Below, piece by piece: positions 1-9,722 of a stretch of DNA of 64,000 nucleotides (positions are counted from its first letter, which is position 1; each line of letters opens with the position of its first letter). The position numbers were made by a program, and so were the translations under genes. Under the pieces are notes generated by a model that did no database searches, had not been told where the DNA came from, and saw nothing but the letters and a program-made list of their open reading frames with translations. The DNA comes from Selaginella moellendorffii (Eukaryota > Plantae > Lycopodiophyta), in the NCBI RefSeq assembly GCF_000143415.4, contig NW_003314271.1, positions 2,502,285-2,566,284 on the forward strand, given 5' to 3'.

Positions 1-670
1 TGGAAATTGTTTCCTCTTGAAATGGTTGAGTTCATGGCCGATTTCACCAGGCAAATCTTTAATTTTCAGTTCACTTTCGGAAAAAGGTTCCAGCGATTTG
101 TCAAGGTAATGCTTAGGTACTTTAGTGTCTTCACTTGCGCCGACATTTGTTTTCGATTGCAGGAAAGTGCGAGTCCCCTTTTAGTTTCAAAGATCATGTC
201 ACTATCTTGTAGAGAAGTATCTCTCTGGAAAAATCTGCTCATCACCGACTTAGCCGCGTCAAATTGAAATGGTTTAGTGGCTGTTCGGCTAACAAGCTGT
301 ACCTATCCAACCACCGGACAGGTAAGCCGGTTTTCTTTTGACGATATCAGGCGACTTAAATCGTTTTTGGCAGGAGCGAATGACCGGCTCTTTGCTCCAT
401 CTCGAGGTGGAGTATCGAATAATTGAGTATCCACTATGTTATTAAAATGATTTTTTCGCGAAGTGGACGACGAAGATAGCTTGGAAGCTTCTCTCTTTGG
501 AGGCATTGCCGCGCAACAAAAAACGCCAGTGGTTTGGAGCCAGTCTCAAAAGCTACAGCGGCACCTAGAGGTAACCCGGAATATTTATAGAGGCTCATTT
601 GTGAACAGCGGGCATTCTTTGGATTCCGTTTCGTCTCTTCTGACCGCGGGCACTTAAAAACGTGAAGAAG

Positions 671-2233
671 ATGTTCTGGATAGGCTGGCTATGTGTTGCT
701 GCTGCCGGTGCTCTCCTAGCAAGTCTTGGGAATGTCTACAGCCATTGGCAGAAGCTACCGCCGGGGCCGTGGGGATGGCCGATTGTGGGGTGCTTATTCT
801 GCGTCTCGAGGCGCAATCTTCACCGCAGCTTCGCAGAGCTTGCCACCAAGTATGGACCGATTGTTTATCTCAACATGGGAAGCAGGGCGACGGTAGTGAT
901 CAGCAGTCCGGAGGTGGCCAGGGCGGTGTTCCGGGAACACGATGTGCAGTTCGCCAGTCGGCCGCGCTACTCGACACCATTCAAGCACATCAGCCAGAAT
1001 TTCAAAGACTTGGTGTTCGCGCCTTATGGCGGCAGATGGAAGAACCTGAGAAAGATATGCAGCACGGAGCTTTTCACAGCTTCCAAGGTGAACATGTTCG
1101 GGGGGATAAGAAAGGCGGAGCTGCATGACTTTTGCAACAGCATTGCAATGCGGGCTGCCGCCGGAGAGGAAGTGAACCTCAGCGTCTGCTTCCAGGAGCT
1201 GCTTACAAATCTCATGAGCAGCGTCCTCTTCGGGAAAAAGTTCTACACCAGCGACCTGCCTCCTGTGGCAGAGGCAGCAGCGTACCGTGCAACTTGGGGT
1301 ATGCTCACACAGGAGAGCGGCAAGATCTACCTCGGAGACTACATCCCAGCACTGCACTGGCTGGATCGGCTGCGAGGCAAGGACCAGAGGATAAGAAAAA
1401 CAATCATCCCCGCGTTGCAAGGCCTTCTAAATTCCGTCATCGAGGAGCGCCGCAAGCAGCTCAGGCGCGACAAGCCGAGAGACTTCGTGGACGTAATGGT
1501 GGCACTCAACGATCAAAAGAGCCTTTCCAACGATGAGATTGTGGCAATTATCCAGGTAGACAAAAGCGCTCCAGAAAGGAAAGTTTAGTTCTAAGATTGG
1601 TATATGGCTTTCCAGGACATGCTCCTTGCCGGCACCGGCACGACGAGATCCACGCTCGAGTGGGGCTTCTCGGAGCTGGTCCGCCACCCGGAAGTCCAGC
1701 GGCGAGCACAGGAAGAGCTCGACCGGGTCGTGGGCCGTGAGCGATACGTTCAGGAGTCGGACCTCTCGGGCCTGCCGTATATCCAGGCGCTCGTCAAGGA
1801 GATAATGCGGCTCCACCCTGCCGCGCCTCTGGGCCTCCCACACTTCAACTCATGCCCGGTTTCGCTGGCCGGCTACACCATCCCGGCCAACTCGACGCTC
1901 CACGTAAACATCTGGACGATCTGCCGGGACTCGAGCTCGTGGGAGAGAGCGCACGAGTTCCGGCCGGAGCGGTTCCTCGGCAGCTGCCACAACTTGCTAG
2001 GCCAGCACTTTGAGCTCATCCCGTTCTCGTCCGGGCGGAGGAGGTGCGCGGGGATCAACCTGGCGCTGCTTCATGTCAGCCTCACGCTGGCCTATCTCTT
2101 GCACAGATTCGAGTGGAGGCCGCCGCCGGGGGTGGATGTGTCCGAGATCGACATGTCCGAGACGACGGGTCTGGCTTGCTTCCGGACTGTGCCGCTGCGC
2201 GTCAGTGTGAGGCCGCGGCTGGAGCTTCCGTGA
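671..2233 (+). CDS. Cytochrome P450, CYP71 clan (A-type); 2 exons (intron 1556-1615)
   Basis: N-terminal membrane anchor, PPGPWGWPIVG hinge, ExxR (EIMR), PERF, heme motif PFSSGRRRCAG; a 60-nt GT..AG intron at the A-type position (Q|DMLLAG). Confidence 0.95.
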
Positions 2234-2477
2234 GGTCTGGCCGTGTGGAGTAGACTCTACAGGAGCGTTGTCACCATGACAAGGTGAAGAAAATCTTATT
2301 CTTTGTGTCGTGGTTGATCGCCAGCTCGAGAAGAAGAAGACTGGAAAACGATTGATCTTCCAGCACTGATTCCATAACACAACACCGACAACTTCACGAT
2401 CAAACAACACTTGTGCAAGCCAAAAATTTGTGTGTTATGGGACGTGTAAGAAGTGTCTACGTCACAGCGTGAGCGGC

Positions 2478-2567
2478 GAGTTCCCTGAATTCGTGGAAGC
2501 GCGTTGACTAGCCATAATATTTGAGTTCCCTGAATTCGTGGAAGCGCGTTGACTAGCCATGATATTT
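2478..2567. repeat. 45-bp tandem duplication (2 copies, 1 mismatch)
   Basis: GAGTTCCCTGAATTCGTGGAAGCGCGTTGACTAGCCAT(A/G)ATATTT at 2478-2522 and 2523-2567. Confidence 0.95.
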
Positions 2568-2687
2568 AATAAACTTGGAGGATATTCTCTTATTCGCGGG
2601 TGCTCCAGTTGTCACACTAGTCCGATGTGGCATGACACGTGGCTGATCCAAACCTAGTCATTTCCTTCTCCTTTTATTTCTTTCGAG

Positions 2688-3567
2688 TCACAGAGCCCAC
2701 ACGAACCATTCGAACCAATCCGGGAGATTCTTCTCGGCTTCCTTCGCCTTGGCTTCCTGCTGCGATTCACCGGGCGGCGCTGGTGGCGCTGGCGCTTTGG
2801 AACTCTCGGGATCGCTGGGCGGCTGCGGCTCCTTCTTAGTGTCCTCGTCCTCCTCCTATGGCCAAAAACACATCAGTCATGAAATGATGATCCCTTCCAG
2901 ATCGATGAAGCGATGATCCGGGAAGAAAGACTAGAGCGCTCGATGGAGTGGCCATTGCCAACGGGAAGAACGACTAGAGCGTGCTCATTGCCAAAATGAA
3001 AGGCAGCTAAAAGGATCTCTAGCTTGGGTCGACCGATGAGCTATAAGACGAACGCACGACCGATATGCATCTATGGATTGAGGACGATCGCACGAGCGGT
3101 TAGATATTTCGATCGAAATTTCCCGCAAACACCGAAAGAACAATCGAGAATGACGCTCATCAATGCCGCAATATGCAAGAGAGCTTGCCGCTAAGAGGGA
3201 AGAACCGATCGATAGCTGCGGATAGATCTGCTAGGAGGGAAAGAAATCGATCGGCGCAAAGAGAGATGCAAGGGACTGCGGCGACAAGGAAAGAACCGAT
3301 CGACAGCTGCGATATTTCGGCTAGCGGAGGGATAGAAATCGATCGGTGCGGCGAGAAGGAAAGAACCGATCGATAAGCTGATATTTCTGCTAGAGAATGC
3401 GGGCATCGATGCGCGGGAGGGAAAAGAGAAGGAAATCGATCGGCGCAAAGAGAGATTACCTTGCAGCCTTCCGCCACTGGCGGCTGCTGCTGCTGCTGCT
3501 GCCTCCGCCGCTGATCTTCATCCCGCATCACATCCAGAAGCATAGATTGGAAGTCGAGGCTCGCCAT
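2688..3567 (-). CDS. Putative two-exon small protein (91 aa), unknown function; exons 3567-3460 and 2855-2688
   Basis: ATG at 3567, phase-0 donor AAG|GTAATC, acceptor TTTTTGGCCATAG|GAG. Exon 2 is 168 nt, in frame, and ends ...KNLPDWFEWFVWAL*. Confidence 0.6.
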
Positions 3568-3744
3568 CGCCGCTCGATCGTCGCCGCCGCGCAGGCGCCT
3601 CGGCTTGGCGCTGAGAAAAAGGCCCTAGCTTTCACCCCGCCATTCCCTGTATTTAAACGAGCCAACTGGGCTCTGGTACGGCATGGACCATATCTACGTA
3701 CGAATGTGCTTAGGGTTCTCGATTGAATTGACAGGAAATCCGAA

Positions 3745-5451
3745 ATGCTGGGAGGGATTTTCCACGGGATGGAGCACCACAGCCACTGGAGGAGCCACAA
3801 GATCACGCACAGGTATGAGAGCTTGGCCCCAGAGATCGCATTCAACAGCTCCGGGACCGTCAAATCCATGGAGCTCTTCGGGGATTACGTCACGCGGCAG
3901 CTCGGGCTGCGCAAGGGGAGCGCCATTGCTCGGCGCCTGGCCGAGGTCGCGAAGGATTACCTCGCCGGGGACAAGAGCAGCTCGGATCACAGCCTGGAAG
4001 GAATCCTCGTCTTCCTCAGCAAGATTGGCGCCGATCCAGACGACGAGGCGGTGATGCTGGACTTGCATCGCGAGATCGTCCGGGAGTTGGACGCTTGCAT
4101 GATCTCCTACTTCGCCTTCCACTGGCACCACGCCTCGCAGCTCCTGGATCAGGTCCGCGACGGCCATAGCGGCCCTGGGATGAGGCGGAATTCGCTCCGG
4201 CACGCCGTCCTGGCCGCGACCAGGAAGGAGAGGTTCCAGAAGATCATGGCCGGGCTCAGGGCCAAGAGGACGATCTCGACGCTGCTCGAGACGCTCAAGG
4301 CGATGGGATCGATCTCCAAGGATTCGAGAGTTCCCAGGGAAGGCGAGGTTGTGGTTCCAGCGGAATCAAAGCACCGGAGCCCGGTTCTTCTGTTCATCGG
4401 GGGTGGAATGGGAGCCGGGAAGAGCACGGTGGTGAAAGAGATCCTTGCTGGTTCTTTCTGGTCGGGCGTGGTCCAGGACACGGTGGTGGTGGAAGCCGAT
4501 GCTTTCAAAGAGACGGACGTGGTGTATAGAACGATAAGTTCGTCGGAGCGTGGCGATGGTGGTGATATCGCCATGGCTTCCGAGCTCGTCCACAGCTCCT
4601 CGACGATGGCGGCATCGTCGCTGCTCGTCTCGGCGCTCAACGATGGTAGGGACGTGATCTTCGACGGGACGATGAGTTGGGAGCCGTTTGTAGCGCAGAC
4701 TATCGCCATGGCGAGAGATGTTCACAACCGGAGATACAGGATGGGACCAGGATATGTGAAGTCCGAGGATGGAACTGTGGTCGAGGAGTACTGGGTTCCG
4801 GTTGATCCAGAGGAGGAAGAACAGGGACAAAAACAAGATCAGGGACAGGAACTCAAGAACTTCGAAGAACAGGAACGAGAACTTGATCTGGAAAAGCGAG
4901 AACTTGGCAATGCCAGTAGCGAGAAGTTCGCTCGAAAAAGCAGGAGACCATACAGGATCGAATTAGTGGGAGTGACTTGCGAACCGGTTCTAGCCGTGGA
5001 ACGGGGCATCCGCCGTGCTATAATCACCAAGAGAGCGGTTCCGATCAAAGGCCAGCTGCGATCACACAAACTCTTCGCGGGATCATTGGAGAAGTACTGC
5101 GAGCTGGTGGACAACGCGAAGATCTACACGACCAACAAAGTCGGGGAGCCAGCGGAACTTATCGGCTGGAAGGACGATCTCAGCCGCTGCAGCAAGCTGT
5201 TGGTGGATCCGGCAGCGTTCCAGTCCGTGAAGAAGCTGGCCGGGATCAACGAGAACGCGGGCAGCATTCTTGAGCTCTTCGCGGGGTCGCGGGATGATCC
5301 AAGTGATGATCTGGCTGCTAGCGCTTGGAGTGGGATCATCTTTTCTCCAGAGAGAGCCTCCAGGCAGGATCGTTTGAGACGATTGCTTGCGAGTGTCAAA
5401 GACACAGCGCTGGAATCATCGCCAGACTCGAGCTCCCATGGTTCGAGCTAA
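3745..5451 (+). CDS. Zeta-toxin-like P-loop protein of the calmodulin/Ca2+-dependent NAD kinase (NADKc) family; intronless CDS
   Basis: SPVLLFIGGGMGAGKST Walker A, EADAFKETDVVY, GRDVIFDGTMSW..FV, YRMGPGY and RPYRIELVGV motifs typical of this plant family. Confidence 0.88.
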   Translation: MLGGIFHGMEHHSHWRSHKITHRYESLAPEIAFNSSGTVKSMELFGDYVTRQLGLRKGSAIARRLAEVAKDYLAGDKSSSDHSLEGILVFLSKIGADPDDEAVMLDLHREIVRELDACMISYFAFHWHHASQLLDQVRDGHSGPGMRRNSLRHAVLAATRKERFQKIMAGLRAKRTISTLLETLKAMGSISKDSRVPREGEVVVPAESKHRSPVLLFIGGGMGAGKSTVVKEILAGSFWSGVVQDTVVVEADAFKETDVVYRTISSSERGDGGDIAMASELVHSSSTMAASSLLVSALNDGRDVIFDGTMSWEPFVAQTIAMARDVHNRRYRMGPGYVKSEDGTVVEEYWVPVDPEEEEQGQKQDQGQELKNFEEQERELDLEKRELGNASSEKFARKSRRPYRIELVGVTCEPVLAVERGIRRAIITKRAVPIKGQLRSHKLFAGSLEKYCELVDNAKIYTTNKVGEPAELIGWKDDLSRCSKLLVDPAAFQSVKKLAGINENAGSILELFAGSRDDPSDDLAASAWSGIIFSPERASRQDRLRRLLASVKDTALESSPDSSSHGSS

Positions 5452-5521
5452 TCGAGGAAGAAATGGTATGTATACTCGTATTTGTGTAACATTTCGTTTG
5501 CTAATGATATTAAAAAATTGA

Positions 5522-6890
5522 ATGGATGGAGGTAGGGTTTATGTGGTTCTATCGTCCTGGCGAGAGGATGCCGGCGTGCGCGTCACCGGCTGGGGCTCCG
5601 CGCACAAGGCGGTGCGAGATCTCTGCCTCGCCAGGGAGCGCGGCGCCGGGAGCGGCGGCATTGCGCGGCGATGGAGCAAGCTTAGCCGGAATCTCAGGGG
5701 CAAGGTGCTGGAGCAGCTGGTCGAGAAGGAGGAGCTCGAGATCGCGCTTGCGGTGAGTGTTCTTGGTGAGATTCTGGCGTGAATCGTGGATTTCGGGCCA
5801 GGTGTACAATGAGGAGGCGAGGAATGTGCGAATCCATGGCCACATTGCGGCGTTGATGGCCAAGGCGCGGGAGACGGTGGAGGCGGATGCGTTTGTTGCG
5901 GGATTTGATGACGAGCTGGGGGAATCCGAGAGAGTGAAGTTCCGCTGCGCGCTCTTGGAGTTCTACGCGAGGTATGGGTTGTGGGAGAGAGCTCACAGGG
6001 AGTTTGGAGAGCTAGAGGGATTGGGCAGAGCAGCCGCAGCAGCTGGGCGGAGAGCGCTGTTCCAAGCCCAGGCAAAGTTTGGCGATCCATTTGAGGCGGA
6101 GGAAACACTCAACTCGATCAAAGCTAGCGGGGAAAGGGTCTCCTCCCGGAGTTACAAGTCGTTGCTCGTCTCGTTTGGAAGGGCTGCCATCTACGGCAAA
6201 GTTGACGAGGTCTTGGAAGCCATGCTCAAGGCTGGGCACAAGCTGGATGCAGCCACTTTCAACACGATGCTCGCAGCGTATGGGACTCACAGGAAGTATA
6301 GGGAGATGCTAGAGGTGATGGAGATGATGGAGGAGGCCAGGATTGGATTGACAGTTCTCTCCTGGAACGCAGTCAGCAACGCTTGCCCGGTGCTCACTTC
6401 GCTAGCCCAGCTTACCGGTGATGCTCAAGAGCCGGAGTCACTCCTCGGCGCCACGGATTTGCTCTCTACACTGGATGGCTCGGACGAAGAACTGGAGCTG
6501 GTCAGGAAGCTAGTGACGATGAATCTCCCGCTTGGATCGGTGGATTGGTCGGCGGAGGTGTGGAAGCTGGACATGCACAGCTTGACACCCGGGGCAGCGT
6601 ATCTCACACTTCTGTGCTGGCTCGACGAGGCAAAGCGGAAGTTTGTATCGGGTGCTAGAGTTCCCAGGGAGATCGAGGTGGTCACGGGATGGGGAAAGCA
6701 CAGCAAAGTGGAGGGAAGCTCCGAGGTGAAGAATGCCGTGCTGAGATGCCTGAGGAGCGCCAAGAGTCCTCTCAAGATTGACAGGGAGAACAAGGGGAGA
6801 ATGCTCGGCCGGGGGCACAAACTCAAGGAGTGGCTGCTAGCTTCTTGCAACGCTTGCGAGCTCGGAACTCATGGAAGCTATCAACTGTGA
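5522..6890 (+). CDS. PPR-SMR protein (P-type PPR repeats plus C-terminal Smr domain); intron 5753-5801
   Basis: PPR-like repeats (TFNTMLAAYG, SWNAVSNAC) and Smr motifs WKLDMHSL and IEVVTGWGKHSKVEG. A 49-nt GTGAGT..CAG intron joins the two ORFs in frame. Confidence 0.85.
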
Positions 6891-7089
6891 TCTCGATGAT
6901 CATCGTGAACGCTATGCTCATCAGCTCTATAAGCTTCTCACTCCAGAAGAATTACTTTGCCCTTGCAGAAAATTAAAACTTCTCTATGGTGGAAGATCTA
7001 TGCTAAACTTACTCCAAGGTTTCCAGAGTATAAGCTTTTTGGCGCCTCTTTCAAAATTTTCCCGCATTTAGAGTCCTAGGGTTCTAGTT

Positions 7090-7098
7090 TTAGGGTTT
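7090..7098 (+). promoter_or_regulatory. Telo-box (TTAGGGTTT) upstream of ASF1
   Basis: Exact reverse complement of AAACCCTAA, with a second TAGGGTT just upstream; typical of cell-cycle and translation gene promoters. Confidence 0.55.
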
Positions 7099-7321
7099 GG
7101 CGATCGATAGGGCTTCGCGTGAAGAAGGCGAGGAGGCGCGGGGAAGCGCACCGCACTGCTAGCACGTATGTATTCTCGGCTCCCATTCCTCTTCTTTGCC
7201 CGCGCTCGTAGGAATCGCTGAAAATTTTCCACTCGCAGCAGGAGATCTAGAGCTCTAAGATTTAAAATGCGCTTTCGGGAACCAAGAATCAGTGGATAAG
7301 CGAGACAGGAGAAAGAAAAGG

Positions 7322-8015
7322 ATGAGCGCGATCAACATCACTAATGTTACTGTGCTGGACAATCCGTCAATGTTCCTCAAGCCCTTCCAGTTTGAGATTT
7401 CTTACGAGTGTCTCATTCCCCTCAAAGATGGTCAGTGACGAGTTTTAAGTTCCTGTTCTAAATTGTTTCTCGGTTTTGTTCCTTTCCCACAGATTTGGAG
7501 TGGAAGCTCATTTACGTAGGATCAGCCGAAGATGAGAAATACGACCAAGTTCTCGAGAGTGTTCTTGTTGGCCCTGTCAACGTTGGTAATTACCGCTTCC
7601 TCTTTCAGGTGCTTTAGAATTTTTTGCTGTTCTTTTTGTGTCTAGAAAGTGTTCCACTGACTGGAATTTTCTTGTTTGTCTGATTCTTTTTCAGGCGGAC
7701 CCTCCCGAGTGGACAAAAATCCCCGATGAAGATATTCTTGGAGTGACTGTGCTGCTGCTAACATGCTCGTACCTGGGCCAGGAATTTATCAGAGTTGGCT
7801 ATTACGTGAGCACCGAGTACGCGGACGACAGTCTCAACTTGGAGCCGCCGGCCAAAGTTCTCATCAACCAAGTGAGACGGACTGTTCTAGCGGAGAAGCC
7901 ACGGGTCACGAAATTCCCCATGGCGTTTAACGCGCCACTGGCGAACGAAAAGGTGGAGGAAGACGCAAACAACACGAGCAATGGCAGCAATCTCCTCCCC
8001 GTGGACGCCTCTTAA
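7322..8015 (+). CDS. ASF1: Histone chaperone ASF1; 3 coding exons
   Basis: [15 protein letters not shown]...[65 protein letters not shown]. Confidence 0.97.
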
Positions 8016-9722
8016 TGGTCGAAGCTTGTGTAAGTTTTTCCTAAGCTTCCATGTTGATTTTGCAAGGTGCTTATCGAATCTCTCGACCGTGACAGGTTCT
8101 CCTTAAACGTAAATGCGCAACGAAAAAAGGAAAGAAGAACGAAGGATGCCTTCGTTGATTTTTCTAGGCGGGAGAAACTATTTGGCACGTCTGTGTGCTT
8201 GCGGTTTAGCATACACTCACAAACTCTTAGCTGGCTTTTGCGTAAGTTCTTGACCCCATTTGTCTTCTCTCTTTCGTGTTTTTTCTTTGCTTTCTCGTTC
8301 TCGTTCTTCTTGCAACAGCGCAGACTCGTGTCCAAACTCTAAACAGCATCCTCCTCTCGACATCTGTAATGCTCGAGAAAACGTTGGAATCAAGTTTCGT
8401 CGTGCTCTTTTCTCCGCCTCTCTTTGTGTTTGTTGGGTGTTCCAGAAGCAGCAATGAATGCCAGGAAACTCTCTAGCTTCGATCGGTTTGCTTGGACAAA
8501 AACGATCAAATCGATCGAGCTAGAGCTGGACTAAGTTTTCGGGACGATCGCCAAGGACAAAAACGTGTTTCTTGGTGTGATCTTATAGGATATCTTTTTG
8601 TGGCTCCAGCGTTTAGGTGGGGCCTCTTTATAAGTCAATTAGCTTATATTTTTGTGATCAATCAAATCAATCAAACTTCTCAATCGATCTTTGAAAGTAG
8701 AGCCTTCATCACTGTCACGGGAATATACCCCGGCGATTGAGGCCCGTTGGCGCCAAAATTCAAAACAGCCCCAGGCATCTCGCAGAGCCTGGCACGCACG
8801 CTCTGTGGGGTTTTGTGTGGGGTTTTAGGTCGGCGCGAGAGCGAGACGATGGCGCATCGATGCGCCGCCGCCGCCGCCGGGGGCTGCAAATCGATTGGAG
8901 GAGGTAGGTGGAGCTGCCTGTCAGTGTCGATCGATGACGACTCCAGGAAATCGGGATATTTGGGGGGCTAGTGGTCGATCGAGAGAGGAAAGCGCTGGAT
9001 TCAGCGGCTGGGGACTACCAAGTGGCAGTGCCGTGCCGGATCTCCAGGATTGGTGCGGGAGAGGAGTAGCAATCGCCGGCATTTAGCTTTCGGAGGGAAA
9101 TTACTCGAAGTAGGTGTTTGTGGAAATGAGTATTTTAGTGCGTGACACTTACGCGAGCTCCCCAAGTTTCCCGTGACCGGCATAGCGATAGGATGAATAT
9201 CAAATCCGGGATCCAGGGACAAAAATTCTTAGGGGGCTTTTCATTTTCTCGGGGTTGACTCGCATCATCAAGTCCAGTGCCAGGGTCGCGGTTCGGTCCA
9301 CGCTCGAGAAACGGGATGATGTCACTGGGTGTTGATCGACTGGTGCTCCACCGGCTGGGATTGGTACGCTCCTCCCTTTTCTTTCGTTTTCCTGCTTGCT
9401 TGCAGTGTGTTGTTTTTTCAATTCCGTGCAATCAAAGGCCATTTTTGCGTTAAGGGCTTGCTATAAATGTTTGAGCCCGGCTCAGAGGTCTCGGGAGTGC
9501 TGTGCTGTGCGTCTTTGAGTGGGGGTGTTCGCTTGTTTTTTTCCGCGTTGTTGTTGTGCCCGAAATCGCTGCTTGTTTATTTACTTATCGTAACTTATCC
9601 ATCTCGTCCCGTTCTTCCCTTTTTGTTTCCTCCTCTGGATCTTTCTTTTGCATGTCACAGCTTGCTGCGAATCTAGTAACTCGATAGTTCTTGTCTTCTG
9701 ACACTTTATTGGTTAAGGTAAG

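Noticed and set aside
1-660. Short ORFs upstream of the P450
   Set aside because: No recognisable domain or consistent exon chain; treated as promoter or intergenic DNA.
2478-2567. Direct repeat as a possible CRISPR-like array
   Set aside because: Two adjacent copies with no spacer, eukaryotic context, no cas genes.
8849-8971. 40-aa ORF (MAHRCAAAAAGG...) upstream of the sulfate transporter
   Set aside because: No homology recognised; it lies upstream of the likely TATA at about 9462, so it cannot be supported as a uORF or gene.
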